DNA of 64,000 bases from Phoronis australis (lineage: Eukaryota > Animalia > Phoronida), in contig NMRA01000813.1 of the NCBI GenBank assembly GCA_002633005.1, positions 1 through 64,000 on the forward strand. Reading direction: 5' to 3'. Both the position numbers and the translations under genes were made by a program. The notes beneath the pieces were generated by a model. The model had not been told where the DNA came from and searched no databases. It saw nothing but the letters and a program-made list of their open reading frames with translations. Shown here one piece after another: positions 12,168 to 26,302 of this stretch (positions are counted from its first letter, which is position 1; every line of letters starts with the position of its first letter).

Positions 12168-12933
12168 CTGAGAATAAAGAACAATATCAATTATACCATC
12201 TTTTTCTAATAAACATGACCAGAGGGTGCTTTTCTGTAAACATGTACGACAATTCGACACATAGCGCGTAATAAGTTGTCAAAATTTTCCAGCAAACAGG
12301 ACTGAGATCAGCAAGAATCTCGCGAGTGATGCTGGTCTGATTACATGTTGCGTTTGCAATTCACAGCAATTCCTGTAGGCCTTGCGTGACCCGACACGCT
12401 TTTGCGAGTGTATTGCACCTACAGAACAAAGCAGTCGACCATTACAGGCTGTTTGTTACACCACATGACTTCCTCTCTGACACAAAAGGACAATGCTACT
12501 TAGCCCTAGTCAGCAACAAAACGGCCGTTTTAATTTGGCACTGATCCAAAAATGGCACTTAAGGCCTTCCTTCAATGGAGCTTACATATTTTACTTATTT
12601 GGACTATAATAATACTAGCAAAGCCTTGGCAACAAAAAACCCCAATCACCCAAACACTGACATGTCAATATATAGTGAAGGAGCCATTCTAAATCTTCAG
12701 TTCATAAAATATCACGTTTTTTCATGTAACTTCCAAGTTTTTTATAAAAACCCTATTTAAAAAGAGCCGCTATCGGTGTTTGGAAAACCGTGAATAAAAC
12801 GTAGTATGTGAAGGTTTTATAACGGACATTTCTGAGATATGACGTTCTGAAGTTGGCCACATCTGAACACTTTCCTATGGCCTTACATAACAATAAGAGA
12901 GATTGATGCATACACAAAGATCAAGGTACTTAC

Positions 12934-13055
12934 TGGCTAACTTGGACTCCAGTTTCGACTGTTGCGTTCTCGATGTGACGTAGATGCTCTTGTTGTTGAG
13001 TTCAGCGCACGTGACGCCCTTGTAGGTCTGACAAAAGCCAGAAGGGGTCTCCTCT
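12934..13055 (-). CDS. ROR: ROR exon, CRD part 1
   Basis: tcttgtag|EETPSGFCQTYKGVTCAELNNKSIYVTSRTQQSKLESKLA|gtaagt; matches the ROR GFCQPYRGIAC motif; 122 nt. Confidence 0.95.
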
Positions 13056-13419
13056 CTACAAGACAAAGAGACATTTTTTATTAACATCTATGCGAATGCT
13101 ACGGAGATTTACTTAAGCACAGGTTGATAAGCTAAAAAAAAAACACCCCGTTCGATCATTGTGTACTATGAAATCATTCCCTAAAATAAAATTGGTCATC
13201 CTTGTCAACGATCCAACATACTGTATAAAGGCACGAGTTGACTGTAAAAATGCAGACATCAGCAAAATTGGCAAACCACTGCTATATGTAACAGAAACAC
13301 AAGACACTTGCGGAACACTTGCAGGAAAAATCTTTGTTTAAATAACAGAAACTGAGTTATCTCGTGTAATTCAACATTTCAACTTCACCGACCAATCATT
13401 TCAGTGGAGGCCACTTTGC

Positions 13420-13524
13420 TAGCCTACTGTAGCGTGAAGTATTACGGTGCACTCTTTGTTCGCTCGTGTGATTTTGCACATCTTGCATTTTTCTCAAGAG
13501 AAACTCTTTACGCTACACACACTA
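13420..13524. mobile_element. Small MITE with TAG...CTA ends (Academ-like)
   Basis: TGTAGCGTGAAG / CTTTACGCTACA inverted repeat. Confidence 0.4.
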
Positions 13525-13876
13525 GCCTTACTGATAACCTTCTTTCTCAAAGCCATTGACAATTACAATTTACCAATATTACCATGAACACTGTCTCGTA
13601 GACTCTCCAAAAATGACTTTGTGGACAAGTGACTCATAATAGCAATCACTGAAAACAAGATTTAATCTGCAACACTTTGCAATTGAAATAGAACATCAAA
13701 AATGGGATTATTATATAGAAAAGCGCAATAATATGAATGGCAGTACACAAAATGTGAGTCATTGTGTCTGATAAAGTGTTCACAGTGACGACTATATCTG
13801 TATAATAATCCATGTTTATGTTCTGTTTAAATTGTGAGGTGTCATAGACTATGCCATAGTATTTGCAAATATGTTA

Positions 13877-13908
13877 AATAATAATAATGATGATGATGAT
13901 GATAATAA
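13877..13908 (+). repeat. (AAT)n(GAT)n microsatellite
   Basis: Directly visible, next to the linker-exon donor. Confidence 0.85.
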
Positions 13909-13919
13909 AGTCGACTCAC

Positions 13920-14013
13920 TCAGCATCATATGGTGGCCTCTCTCTCTCCTTGCTGCCATCTTTGATCTCAATGTCTGTGTCCGTGGACGTGCTTCCTGTG
14001 CGACGACGGGGTA
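13920..14013 (-). CDS. ROR: ROR exon, Ig-CRD linker
   Basis: ttgacgcag|(I)PRRRTGSTSTDTDIEIKDGSKERERPPYDA(E)|gtgagt; 94 nt, phase 1-2, exactly the phase change needed between the flanking exons. Confidence 0.85.
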
Positions 14014-14480
14014 CTGCGTCAACAAAAAATATGACAATGCTAAGTTCTCAATCGCTTATTATTTGTAACAGCAATGTTTCGAGTTTGACTCTAATTAGTG
14101 TTCTCGCCATGCTTTTACCACTAATTCAGCCAATGTGGTTTGCAAAACTAGCGGCGCCTATTGGTGAACAAGAAAAATATTAAAAAATCTATAAAGTACT
14201 TATTCATGCTTTTAGTTCAGGAAATTGACAAGCTTTGAATGAAAGGTACATGTAAATGCGCATTTATGGATTTTCACCATCAGCAGTCAGTGGTTTTGTA
14301 ACAAATATAATAAGGTGAAAATTAACTTTCAGTATCAACTGTGAAAATGACGTACATTTTGAACACAAAATTGTAAGCATACTCTGTTAAAGACACGATA
14401 CGTCGTTATAACTTAAACCAGAGAGTGAAATAACAGGTAAACTATTAATGTTTTATTACAACAAATATCATCCCTCTTAC

Positions 14481-14587
14481 TTGGGTCAACGGTCAGGTAA
14501 CCCCTCGTCTGTTGGGTTTCAAAGTCGTTTGATCCCTGACACTTGTACCAACCCTCGTCAGACATCTCCAGCTCTTTGATGCGCAAT
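14481..14587 (-). CDS. ROR: ROR exon, Ig domain C-half
   Basis: tttgcttcag|LRIKELEMSDEGWYKCQGSNDFETQQTRGYLTVDP|gtaaga; D-x-G-x-Y-x-C motif; 107 nt, phase 2-1. Confidence 0.95.
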
Positions 14588-15687
14588 CTGAAGCAAAATA
14601 GATAGAAATTATTTTGTTGCATAATTTTGGGCACGTGAAATCATATTGGTGAGCGAAATAACCGCAGAATTGCAGTAGTTTAAATCAAAGCCACACAACA
14701 AACCATGTTCTGGCATCAACAACAACCTTATTCAAAAAGCGTTTACTCAATCTAAAGTATCGTCATTGTGTTCCCATCCTTTGTTCTAACTGAAACTGGT
14801 CACTACAAACCGACTGGAATCCCTCTGTCCGCCATACAGTTTTTGTGACTGTGACTAACCTCCCGTGACAATCAAACACATTAACTCTGGTCTGAAATAT
14901 CAACTAACTGTACGTTCTTCATCCACACTAGTCCACTTCATGAGAAGTGAAAGCTGAGTCAGATATTTGGTCTTGCCCAGAAAACTATTTCCAAAAAAGC
15001 AATTAAATCTCACTGCAGCGACAATACAAAGTCTCTGAGAATATACCCATTACTTCTAATTACTGAGATAAGTTGTATCAATTATTTCTAAGTTGTGATA
15101 TGCTTATGAATCGCATTGCTAAAAATTTATTGAGTAATTGTGAGATGGAAGCACAAGAACCAAATTTCCGTCATAAATGCGACTGTTCGTGAATCACAGC
15201 TCTGCTGCCAGTCATATAGATTTCAGGTGCAACCCTAGACGTTTAATCAGAACATTTATAATGATAAATTCCCCGGCAGCAAAAGCCATTCAATTTGTTG
15301 TGGAAAATGTCGAGTAAAGGCAAGACCATTTCGTAAAATTGGATTTGAAAATCAATTGTTACAAGGGACTGCGAATAAAAATTTATCTACAAAATTAGAG
15401 ACAGTACAATAGCATGGTAACTAGTTTTTAAAAAAGATGGAAAAGCTATTGATACATTGTCCAATCAAAGGCAATACATTTGCGTTTAAGTATTGAAGAT
15501 ATCACCTTGTGGATTCTTTTCTTAAATTTATAACTGGATGAAACAAGTCAGTGTGCAATGGCTACATTTTCAAATAAGCAATATGGAAGTTGATCACCAC
15601 AAATGAAGACTAGATGCCTTGGAGGTTTAATGTTCTGTATGATCTTCCACATGAATACACTCACTCGAGCTACCACCGAAACCCTAC

Positions 15688-15871
15688 CTGTTACCCCAGG
15701 TGACCGTCTTGTATTGTATGCGAGAGTGTCGCCCCCTGTGGATCTGTCGATTGTTCAGAAACCATCTGTAGTGAGGAACGGGGTGTCCGGTGATCTCACA
15801 GAATATATTGACTGTGTCGCCGACATGCTTAGTCATGTTACCCATAGGGATATCCACGCGAACGTAATTGG
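15688..15871 (-). CDS. ROR: ROR exon, Ig domain N-half
   Basis: ttttttccag|...NYVRVDIPMGNMTKHVGDTVNIFCEITGHPVPHYRWFLNNRQIHRGRHSRIQYKTVTWGN(R)|gtaggg; I-set C-x-x-x-G-x-P-x-P-x-x-x-W motif; 184 nt, phase 1-2. Confidence 0.93.
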
Positions 15872-18788
15872 CTGGAAAAAAGCAACAATCTCATTAATAA
15901 AACTTAACTGCATCAGCTCTACTCTGAAAAACATTATGTCTGTACCATACTTATGTATCTAATTAATTTTACTCGTCTCTATGAGTAATTTTTATAGCAT
16001 AGAAAACAGCTGCGGGGGATGACTAATTAATTGACAGCCAGATGGCAATACACGACAACATCTCAAGCCAATATTAAGATGGCACCTCTTACACACCAGG
16101 TGGAGCTGCAATCATCCTCCCAGCCTGCTGTACCAAGATGTATGAGCTCAAGAGTGTATTGCTCAGTACATGAAACAACAGAAACACTCAAGGAGAAAGT
16201 TGCATCACAACATCCAAAACCGCTTACAGCTACATCCAGAGCATATTAATCCCATGATGTAATATTACATAATGATTGCCCACTACTGTCTGTAAGGCAG
16301 ATAATATGCAGAATTACACAGTGATCATTAGTGCAAACTATCCCAGATTTATTGACCAGTCACCAGATCAGGCAGCTGTAGAGATCCGACTCTCGACCAT
16401 ACAAAGCCACTTCACTCGAGACACAAGGCCTTGATGAGGTACTTGAGTCGTAGTTGACCAATCACGTGACTGGCAGAATGCAGTTCAAGGTTCATGTCAC
16501 ATCCTGCTGTAAAGACATGTGCCCTGTCACCACGACCCACGACATAAAGGAGAGTATCCCTTTATTATGAAAATCGACATCTGGTCCACTAGTTCAGGAG
16601 CTAGACAAGCATGAAATGAAGCTAACAACTAAAAGCACAAACCATAGATATGAACCCTTTCGTCATTTCATTTCACCCTTTTAAGTTATGATTATAATTA
16701 GAAATGTGTCCGGAACCTAATTTTCTATGCACCATGGAAGGGAGTCCTATCTACATTGCTAATAAGGAAATTGGTTTTCGCGATTGTAAACTGCAGTTTC
16801 CAAGATGAGTCTTAGTAGCTCAGAAATCCAATTGCATTTTGAAATCTAAAGAATACCCACAAATACCTGTACATTTTTCTCCAGGTATTTCCGCAGTGAA
16901 TTGGTCAGGAAATAGATTTCTCAAATTTAAATTCTAAAGCATTAAATATATAAGATGGTAATATTTTCTTTGCATCTTACAAAAAGCAACTTCTTAAAAA
17001 CCACTTGAAGTGGGGAAAACCAATTAAAGCTTCCATTGACAAAAGGATTAAGACTAAGACACAGCTTTGCATTAAGTCATAAGAATTAATCTCTGTTGGG
17101 GATGTATATGTCCCGCAGACAAAGAGATATCGAATCAATTTCAACCTCATTTCACAGATTGTATGTCCAGACTATCAGATTACAAAAAAGCTATTTGCTA
17201 TGCTGAAGCGTGGTAAATTTACTTTTTGATAAAAAAGAAACGGATCCGGAACCAAAGCAACAAAACCCGATATCAATTTTATGGAAATGACAAAGGAACG
17301 CTGAAGAATTCCCATATCCATTAAACAATTAGTTTTGACAAAGTAAACCTCAGCATTAGGAAGAGAATGGGGGAGATACTGTGTGTGTTGACTAGACAGT
17401 GAGCAAATGGCTAGTATTAGCCTTCAAAGCTAAATGAAACTTAATAACAGGCCAATATGTGCAAGATTGACACATAATGGCTATAACCTGTCTTTTGCAC
17501 AATGTGCTTAACTGCTTGGCAAGCCCTTCCAGAAGGGCAATTCAATGTCTACTAAATCAATATACATAGATAGCAAATATGTCTGGCCATGCAGTGCAGA
17601 GACCATTATAGTATACTAATACCTCTCTCAGCCTATTATCATTACATGGTTCAGTGCTGGAATAGTTAGGGTGGTCCCACTGTTTACAACACAGTGCTTT
17701 AGACAACAGAGCCACATTCCATCAAACACAACATACTGGGAGGCACATGAGTGACATCTATCTCCGCTTTATACAATTGAAACCTGGAAATCTATCCCAT
17801 AATTCAACATACCAGCGACCAGTGGCCACCATTTTGCTGGCGCGTACAAGGAAAGTCCCGAGCGCACTCACGAAATGTACGCTCTTCACTTGCATGAATT
17901 CACGTAGTCTTTCATTGTTTTTTCACGAGTGTCGTGCATCTATGAATGCTCCCCCTAACCGACCATCATAATCACCACCACTCAGGCCAGATGACAGCAG
18001 TACAGTACCACCACATGATTAAAGAACACATAATAAATTCTGTTTAATTTTGAACACCATGAATAAATTTCAAAACAGTCATATATCTGTATCTAAAACT
18101 TCAAAAATAAATAAAGAATGACAAATCAAAATGCGTTAAATGAAATTTTTTTTCAAAACTGACGCTATGAATGACCAGTTCTTCAAAACACCGTCTGATT
18201 ACAGATGCCTCAGTGGTAGAAAAGAACTTGACGATGAACAACGATTCATTTGGTGACGCTTAGGTTTTATGACAAAACAAAATTTCAATTGTTCGCCTAA
18301 TACTGCATCACAAATGAGTACAGTTTAATATTTTGTATAAACACTTTTCAGTTTCAACTTGCGGTTTAGGTTTATGTCTTATAGATTTTGTTAACTTCTG
18401 TGAAGGACAACACTTTCACTGCGCTAAAAACATGGTGTTCAATAATTTAAGACCCGTAAAAATTGTGCATTTTAAGGCAAGAATATATAATAAATTCTCA
18501 ACAGACTGCATGCAAACACAGGTAGAAAAAATAACGAACTGAACAGCGTTGAAAATGAAAAACTAATTTCTAAATCATTTGATGTTGTTTCTTAAATCCA
18601 AATAAATGTTAAAAATGAAAACAATATGAAGTGTAAGTTTTGAAAATCGTCATAAATAAAGCACCTCACAAGCTTACGAGTAACGCTTGAAACTGGAACA
18701 GAACACTAACTGCAATTAAATCTATTAGTAATAAAAACTCCCAAAAACATCTGAAAAAATTCTCACTTGAAATTTTAGAAGGAAGCAA

Positions 18789-19024
18789 TACAGTAATTCT
18801 GTAATTATCTTGCAAACATTATGGCCGACTAGTGAAATTCTATTTTGTTACATTTATCCACAAAAATAAAAATTAAGAAAATTTTAATTTATTGCTAGCA
18901 TGGTTTGTACTGTATACATGTTCTAAAGCAATTTTCGGTAATTCTTTTTGGTAATTTGCTGTAAAATAACGGGAAAATGGAAAAATGACACTTTTTGTGC
19001 GAAATAAGTAGATAATTACGAATA
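18789..19024 (-). mobile_element. MITE family A copy, reverse orientation
   Basis: TACAGTAATTCTGTAATTATCTTGCA ... TGCGAAATAAGTAGATAATTACGAATA; the core is present as its reverse complement. Confidence 0.7.
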
Positions 19025-21255
19025 ATACTATGTCAGTTTCCCTGACCCATTAACCAATTGAAGTAAGGATACTCAGAAAACACATTTTTTCGATAATTTT
19101 ACCTGTTTTTAGAGCAACATTCTCTCATGCAGGCTAAATTCATTAAAGCATGCCTCTGGTCACTTTCAATAACATAATATTGATCTTTTCAACATCTAGC
19201 AACAGTTTTCTGATGGGCATTGGGCACTGGTTGCATTCATAAATTGCGTTGATTTACCAATCGAAGCAACGGATCACAGTTAATCGAGTCCTAAAAGGAG
19301 ATTCTACTTCTACTTTTTGCCCAAAAATCCCGGGATTAATATTAAGTGACCAACCCAGTGTCACTGAGACAGGAGGACTTTCTACACTCTTTTTAAGGTA
19401 TTACTAAGATTAGGTAACCCAATTTAGGACTCTCTATGGTGGACGAGTGAAATTTCATTTTCCAATTTTTCATTTATTATAATTAGCACAAAAGTAATTA
19501 TTTACAATTTTCAAATTCAATATTCAACATAGCAACCAATACAGTTGAAAATGTGAAGTCAATCATTACAGTGCTGACAACCTGTGAAAAATGAAGGGAG
19601 GTTAATCTAGAGATAAATTCTGCCCAAAGTTGGTAGGACTTTACCGAAATTGCTCTGAGTGGTCTTTTGGAGGCGAAGAAAACATGAATCGGAAGGTTTG
19701 AGACATATTCTGCCGTCCATAGTTTACATTTTTTGTAGTGACTAAGATGGAAATATTTCTCCAAATTTGCCTCGCAAGTTTTTAGAAAACCAATATGGTA
19801 AAATTGCACTATTCTCACAATTTCTTTTCATTTCTTAAAGCCTTCTAATGGAGCTGTAACTCTTGTAGTTTCTCAAAACATTGACTGATGCAGCTGTGGT
19901 ACAGAACATGAAAATGACAAAGCATTTGATTGGTGATAGTTCTCTAGCAGGAGAGATATTAGAATTAAAATTTCACTAGTAAGCTATATGGTGTCCAAAA
20001 CTATGCCAAATTTTACCATGACTCCATCCAGCCCTGACATCATTCCTCAGTACCATGTAGGTAGATTTCCCTGTTGTTGCATAACCACGGAAACCATTCT
20101 TGCTAAATCACACAAACACCTGGACAAAGTGTACATTAATGGCCACAAATGGTGTGATATATTTAAATGGTGCTGCTTTGAACTCTGACCACTGGCCACA
20201 GAAGAGTCAGGCGGATGGTCATACCACATGGCCATACCCTAATCTATGAAGGATTTATAGTCATAACTGACCATTAGCCCATGAACACTGTGGACATATC
20301 CAAACAATGTTGGGAAGATGGGTTTAAAAATGAGGGGCACTGTCCACCTAATAGCCACTATGTGGTCATTATACAGCAGACACCAGGCATTTGTTGTTTC
20401 AAATGTCCTGGGCCTATTAAAAATAGATTTCTTTCAACAGTAAATTCTACATCTGTTGTTGAGTCTGAACAGTTGAACTTTAACAACATCTTAGCCAGCA
20501 AATGCCTGTCATAACAGTTTTATCTGAAAATGTCAATTGCCCACAAACTGCCTAACTAAAGAATCTTGGACACCCCACAGTTATACTAGTTTCACACGAG
20601 TTTTATTTTTAACCACAAAAACTTGCTGTCCACCACAGTAATTTTCACCTGTATTATTCTCATCGCATTTAAAGCGAAAACACATTCACTCTCTGCAAGA
20701 CATGACATACACAGCGGTAGATAAAGGACCCTATCCCCTGAGCAAGTGCGTCCCTTAACTTAAGCAAGCAGTCTGGCTACAAAAGTACTGGTGTAAATGG
20801 CAGCAGTTCCGGGCAACCTCAAAGCACCAGCAGAAGTGATGTTTACATCCTCACACTACAGGTATTTTTGTTACTAATCATTCAGGAAGTGCTAGAGAAA
20901 ATTGTATGGTTACACAGTTTGTGAAACGGTATCAGTCTTCACCTGCTATTACTAAAGTGTACATGGGCTGAATACCGTACTAGAATCGAGGCAGCTGGTC
21001 TGAACCGTGGTACTTCAAAGTTATCATCTTTTGTAATAATAGACCATCTCAACGGAAATGGTTGGTTACAGTACAACCAAACAAAAGGGCGACCATGGTC
21101 AAGACACTTGAACTATCACCAACTAACAATCAACCAATGCGCTTCTTATGATTTCTTACTACTCAATCGAAATGGGTGAACCTGTCTTGATGAAGTTGTT
21201 GGAATTTATCAAAAAAATGAAAATATTGTGGAAGAAATCAGGAAACATCATAATG

Positions 21256-21492
21256 TACAGTAATTCTCTAATTATGTTTGCCCAAAAATAATTGCCAAAA
21301 TGGTCATTATCCATTTTTCAAAGGTCGATTACCATTTTACAAACAATGAGATTTTTATAAGATGTTGCCTTATGAAATCTACACATGCTTGCAATAAAGT
21401 AACAAATGTTCTTATTCTTATTTTTGTGGCAAATTTTAACAAAATAAAATCACTTGTCTGAAGTATTGTGCGCTAAGTGAAGAATTATGCAG
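21256..21492 (+). mobile_element. Old ~240-bp MITE family A, representative copy
   Basis: Ends resemble TACAGTAATTCTCTAMTTAT; conserved core AAATTTCACTTGTC..CATATTGTG. Other approximate copies: 4573-4802+, 18789-19024-, 21690-21885-, 21900-22152-, 25930-26100+, 27420-27675-, 30825-31050+, 31145-31290+, 34280-34520+, 35974-36200+, 40260-40500+, 49225-49460-, 51715-51975+, 54215-54400-, 55045-55265+. Confidence 0.75.
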
Positions 21493-22462
21493 AATGAAAT
21501 TATCGAAAAAGTAGCAAGAGACTGAGACTTATCTAGTTTCAGGGTGTGACAGATTTCCAACAAGAAATGATATTTCAAAATTCTAAAACTGCCACTAACA
21601 TTTGTACAGTTTTGGGGGTTTTTATAAGTAGACTTGTATCGACAATCACAGGTAGAATGTGTGAAACATCTTGGGGATAAAGCAAATATTTTGATTCTTT
21701 ACACAATCCCGTACTTGAGTGAAAATTGTTTGGTCAAATTTAGTAATTTTTACAGTGGAGACATCACAAAACAACATTTGTAAAAGTTTCCATTATTTGT
21801 AGTAAGAAAATTAGCCTCTGACAAATCCAAAAAAGACACTATTGAAATTATTTTTGTGTGACGTGACACAGAATTTCGTAAGCAGAGACAACTTTCAAAG
21901 CGAAATGCACAGTGTACGTCTTCACTTAGTACACAAAAGGCAACAGATGAAATTCTATTCTGTGAAATTCTCAAAAAATGAAGATAAAGAAAATTTTAGT
22001 CCATTACTAGCCTGGGTTGTACTGCATAGATGTCATGAAACAACATTTGTTTCCATTACCGTATCTGTATCTGTAATATTTAGTAACCGGCCGTTGAAAA
22101 TGGAAAAAGTTCATTTTCGTCAATATTTTTGTGCCTAAGAAGCGGAGAACTACCAACTCGCTGACATTTAAGAGAACTCGGTTTCATTTCCAACATTTGC
22201 AAGGTGATCAAACATGTCCACGTGATATCGTGATATTGTGAAACAGTGTTACTTGCTATGCTTCAGAATGTACGCCTTTTGGTTCAAACGATATCTTGTT
22301 CTTCTCATCGCAACGAGCCAAGACATTTGTACAGCCACTTTGGTGACTGTCAAGCCCGGAGGACAGCACTTAAATGCTATGAGAATAATTATCATTGATT
22401 TATAAGTATCAATTTCTTTCTAAAAATAAAGAATCTCCTTTTAATCACTAGCTGCTATATAT

Positions 22463-22527
22463 CTGAGTACAGAGTAACAATATACTGTGATATGAGTACA
22501 GAGTAACAATATACTGTGATATGAGTA
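22463..22527 (+). repeat. 29-bp tandem duplication
   Basis: TGAGTACAGAGTAACAATATACTGTGATA x2 plus a partial copy. Confidence 0.9.
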
Positions 22528-22859
22528 TCTTGTGATGTTAGCCGAGGTTCCTATGATATGAGGTTCCAGTGATACCAAGTTCATAACTTCAAAGGCAGTC
22601 TCTAAATTATCACGTTATCGCTAAATCAATAAGAAAATCAACCAATCAATCAATCAATCAGAATACTCTGCCTATCCATATTCAGTAAGGCTACTAAAAA
22701 AATGTTCCAAAACAATTTACAGCGCAAAGATGGATTTTGAGCTGCCCCCCCCCCGAACACGAGCTCTACGCTCTACGGTGGCAGCATGCCACTTTATTTG
22801 TCCTTTTGATACTGTGATTGGACCTGCCATCTCGCTATCCTAGCTCCACTAGTGTAGCA

Positions 22860-23170
22860 AATTATAGTGACCCTGCAAATAGACAAGGTCTTGATCCCAT
22901 TAATGGATGTGTTATATATTAATGAAAGAGTCCATCTTGACATAGTCCATATGGATATCAAGCTGGGCAACGAGGCTAAATCATATTTAAGAGGCCAACA
23001 GTCAAAGATCACATTTTATAGCCCACCAAGAGAAAGATAACACCGCGAATGACCATTAACGTCTTTAGAAAAACAAAGCAAATTTTTTCGTTCCAATTAC
23101 CCAATAGTTAAAACAGACTGGAATAAATTAGCGAAATGAGACATAGTGTCAAAAATACCATTGAATAGGC
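22860..23170 (+). mobile_element. Decayed CR1/L2-type LINE ORF2 3' fragment
   Basis: Interrupted frame ...SYLRGQQSKI...SKFFRSNYPIVKTDWNKL resembles the LRGH...FFPRT.RDWN.L tail of CR1/L2 ORF2. Confidence 0.4.
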
Positions 23171-26100
23171 AATGTACAAGTTTTTAACAAACACAGAACT
23201 CCTCTATTACACAACACTTTCATGCCATTGTGGGCCACTTGTTTAAAATATGGAAGTCAACGACCATCCAATAACGACAAACGGGCCATTTTTTACCATC
23301 CATCATCACTAACCAGCAGTCAATCATTGCTAATGCCCAGTTTACTAGACCACAGAAAGCTGGATGCCTTCCATAATCCATATGACCAAGAACAGATAGC
23401 AACCACATTGTGAGATGCTCCTCTACTCTTGGTTTTTCCTCCACATATAAATCATGGATATTTAGATAACAACTATAAACAAGCTTACAAACATTCTACA
23501 CTAAGGCGCCAAGTAAACAAAAAGTCTAAATCACTGCACCAAGATCTGAGCAAGCAGCAAATTGACCTTCCATACCTTAAAGCAGTTCCAAAGGACCAAG
23601 TTTTATCAAAATCAAAATTTTGTAAAAATTATTTAAATCAATGATTTAAGATAACTGCTCAATTTATTACAAAGATTAAAAGATCAATCTTACAACTTAA
23701 CCACAACAATTAATCAAATTAACACAGAAGGAATGAAAAGGTTATAATTTACTATTAAGTCTTGCTGTTACATCAAGCGTGAAATTTACAAGAGATGGAC
23801 TGAGATGTTCCTCTCCCCGGAGGGTATGCCTGTAAGACATGTGTCAACAACGGTGAGGTACAAGGAAAAGTGTCAAAAATAAATAACTGCTGCCCATGTC
23901 AGTCAGACCACTGGTCAACAATGGCCAGCCTGCACTCCATGGAGAATGGTCAGAAAATTGCAACCAATTAAACCGTGTGTGCGATACTTGAATGCCAATC
24001 ACGTGCCCGGTAGGTGGGCATGAAGTGGTCATTCGCAGCTGGTCAAGATGCGTTGGAATCGCAACGCCATTGAGGTGCGACAGCACTCGAGAGGTGTTTC
24101 ACAACAATACACTCACACAGCTCGTGTTAGACTACTGTGACGTGCATTGTAATGACACCAGACTTAATGAAGAAATTAATAATCTATTCAAATGTAGTAT
24201 TCCTGACACACAATAGAGCCTATGTTAAATGTTACGCAACACTGCGTTGTGGGCTCACGCTAATAGAAAAGTGAACTGTGAATTAATTACAGTAAATGAT
24301 TTTGGAGTTACAGCTGATGTAATTACCATATGCATAACACATTCATGGATAACAGTAATGAATAAATTATATCCATTGATAACGAGATTAGAAGCAAACA
24401 GAAGGAATTCTGCTCAAAAATTGGGGAGATAATTCGTAGTTGGTTGTCACAACAGACAGGTAATTAGTGCAATGTCACTTCATACTAGACAGATGAAGTC
24501 TTATGTAACCGATACATCCTTGGACACCATGTCAGTCAGTACTACTATCTCATTTGATCCACCATCACCTTTGTGTAATAAAGAGATTACAACCCAAAAT
24601 AAGACAGTAGAACAGTTTACAAGTCCATCCAATACACGTCTGCTGTAATGTTGTTTCAAGTATTTCTTTAGTTCACATGGAACACTGAGTTTCATCAAAT
24701 CACCTTTAACGTTTTTTTCAATTTATGCTCTACATCGTTGAAACAATTTTAAAGGAAACTGGTCAGGCTTAGAACAATTTGAGTTTTAAAAAAATAGTGT
24801 TTATATAAAATGTATATTGCATCATTCGGAGTCAGTCAGCCTTGAAAAATAATGAACTAACAAACATATTTCACACAATCAATACAATGATTTTAATAAT
24901 TTGTTTTCATTTAAATCAAATTTAACATTTTTTAGCATCTATAGATTTATAGAATACAGGATTAATTTTCCGAACAACCATAAATCTGGCACCAGTTCAA
25001 CAACTGCACAGGTAATAATTAGTAGCACAAGAAACCCATACCAATCTCCAAGAACACGTGACATGTACAACTCAGTCACGACCGTTTCCATCTCTGTCAA
25101 CAACACGGTGCGTTGCAAAGCAAATTTCCCATAATGCAATAGAGACTGTGCCCGATTATAATATTGAGCGCTTTTGATCGACTCGATCAACAGACAACCA
25201 CAAAGTGATGGTTGGTGGTAAAAAGACTTCTAACGCTGGACTCAAGAAAACCTTTTTTATTAGAAAAATGGTGGCATTGGTCAAACCATCTATGACATCA
25301 CACTGGACATTCTAGTTGCAAAGTCTCGTCACATGACCGCAAATCTAGCCATGAACCACCATTCTAAGGACAACTGCAGATCGAATCGGTCAAAAACCTT
25401 AAGTTTTCTAGCAATTACTATCATGACCGCGTAAAACTTGATTCGCTTCGCTGTTTATTCACCAATTGGATGAAACTATTTATTGGGAATAGAGCGAGTT
25501 GATGGACTGGCATTCAGTACCCAGATGGACGACTTGTATGTTGGCTGTAACAAGTGTGGGCCCAGTGATCTATCACTAAGATGGTGATGGTCAATGATAA
25601 GTACACCATCAAGGGAAGGAATCAGCCCTAGCAGTGTGAACCAAGCCAGGGCTCAGGGAGAACCATGCTGGCCTTAGAGCCCAACCCCTGTTTGTACGAT
25701 CAAAATATCCTCAACAGTCCTAGTGTCTTTGTGGACGCTTGATGGATGAGACTTTTAGCTCTCTAAATGTTTGCAACTCTCTTCCGTTTTACCAACAAAA
25801 AAAGAAACGTGGCACCTGCAGTTTGCTATTGTAATGACTGTGTGCATGAAACACTGAGTGAATCCACCATCTGAGTCTATCACATCCTCGTCTACGTAAA
25901 AATATCTTTAAACTTCCATAATCCCCTGATTTTTTAATTTCCCAGTGTCGTAAATGAAACTTGGAGACACTTATGCTATATAAACCATGCTTACAATTGA
26001 CAAAGTAAAAATTCCCTATGACTTATTTTGTTCAGAAATTTGACAAAATTAAATTTCACTTGATCACCAAGTTGTGTGCCAAACTGAGATTTTTACTATA

Positions 26101-26272
26101 AAGGTTGCAAGTCACGCTCTTCATTTGCCCTCCTTACAAAAAAATGAATCCGCTAAAAATCATAGCATTAGACTGAACCGAACATAATCTCTGTCAACTG
26201 TGACTGCAGGGCCATCTGAGTGTGAAAGGAAATGTGGCTGTGCCTTCTGAGGGGAAATTTTCAGGTGAGATA

Positions 26273-26302
26273 ACCCCCCCCCCCCCCCNCCCCCCCCCCT
26301 CC
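26273..26302 (+). repeat. Poly-C run containing an N; similar runs near 22745, 52147 and 63758
   Basis: Homopolymer with an ambiguous base; length unreliable. Confidence 0.85.

Noticed and set aside
22930-22972. Kinase catalytic-loop-like peptide IVHMDIKLGN
   Set aside because: No other kinase motifs or splice context; it lies in a stop-ridden frame that better fits a LINE tail.
23200-23640. L2-type reverse transcriptase fragment
   Set aside because: Only a faint resemblance across several frameshifts; cannot be supported without a search.
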